A stretch of DNA of 64,000 bases, taken from assembly GCA_051362555.1 (NCBI GenBank), contig CM120642.1:5952001-6016000 (forward strand). Reading direction: 5' to 3'. Source of the DNA: Lingula anatina (taxonomy: Eukaryota > Animalia > Brachiopoda). Below the pieces are notes generated by a model that worked only from the letters and a program-made list of their open reading frames with translations, made no database searches and was not told the origin of the DNA. The translations under genes were made by a program, and so were the position numbers. Of the stretch, positions 63,127 to 64,000 are shown in pieces (within the stretch, counting starts at the first letter, position 1; the number at the start of each line of letters is the position of its first letter).

Positions 63127-64000
63127 CTGAAAGTCAAAATATAATTTGCCACGTTTTGTAACGTTTTGTAATATATATATATATATATTTTACTGTCTTT
63201 TTGCTAAAGCGCTTACAGTAAAAATATCTGGATTTCAACTGTAATTAGAATCATATAAATTATGGACAGAATATCATTATTCAAGAGATAAATGACCAGC
63301 TAAAATGCCAAAAAAAAAAATAGATCAGAGAGTGACCTTATAGACATAGGTGTACAAGTACAAACAGAGCGGGGGTGTTGCGAAGAATTCGCCCCTGCGC
63401 GTTGGAACTCAGACTACATTATATGGAATATTCCCCATCTTTATTGTTGTAACATAAACGCAAAAGTCACCAACCTAATGCCAATAGGCAGTGGGATGAA
63501 TTGGGTTTACTTCATTATGAATTTCCTCATCATTCCGGAGTGTTTATTTGTCCTCATGCAGACGCACGTGTCCCAACAGTTGGACACACACACACACACA
63601 CACACACACAGGTAGGCTACGCTCGCACGCACACACACACACCCGTTTGGAAACGCTGTACTCTATTTTTAAAGCAAAAACATTTTTTTATTATTTAATC
63701 TATTTTAGATCCCTGTTTAACTATAACTTTCATCCATTAATTATAATAATTTATCCATATGGTTTTACGTCTGTTTTTTTTTTTTTTTTTTTGTTTTTTT
63801 TGTTTTTTTTTTTGTTTTTTTTTTTTTTGTGTCTAGTTTAATTTGTTCTACAGTTAAGGGGCTTTTTTTTTTTTTTTTTTTTTACAAAATTCCGAAACGC
63901 TCCACAGTCAATCATCTGTTAAACCTTGCCCGAGCCTGTTAGAGAATGACATAGGCCTATACATATATTTGAATCGAACACACACACTGGAATTTGGTAG

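Overview
AT-rich, intron-rich genomic DNA from an animal, most likely a marine invertebrate (inferred from gene content and repeat types). Manual splicing gives 11 protein-coding genes. PTPA (PP2A activator, minus strand) sits head-to-head with the first of two tandem carnitine O-acetyltransferases; both CRAT copies have a mitochondrial-type leader and a C-terminal SKL. Next is a highly divergent STAT of about 977 aa that appears to lack the N-terminal domain, has altered DNA-binding and SH2 phosphate-loop residues, and carries a repeat-containing Ser/Pro tail of about 380 aa. Then come a divergently transcribed pair of paralogous C2H2 zinc-finger genes, a small secreted 6-Cys Pro-rich peptide, an orphan disordered protein, two tandem secreted proteins that join an unrecognised N-terminal domain to a UMOD/GP2-type D8C(D10C) domain, and the 3' part of an unidentified gene. 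Introns and intergenic DNA hold Helentron-associated (HINE-like) elements, including a 4.4 kb scrambled array inside the STAT gene, and several MITEs, two with clean 8-bp target-site duplications. The best novelty candidates are the atypical STAT, the stand-alone D8C protein pair and the Cys-rich peptide. Exon coordinates were derived by eye and need RNA-seq confirmation; no database search was run.
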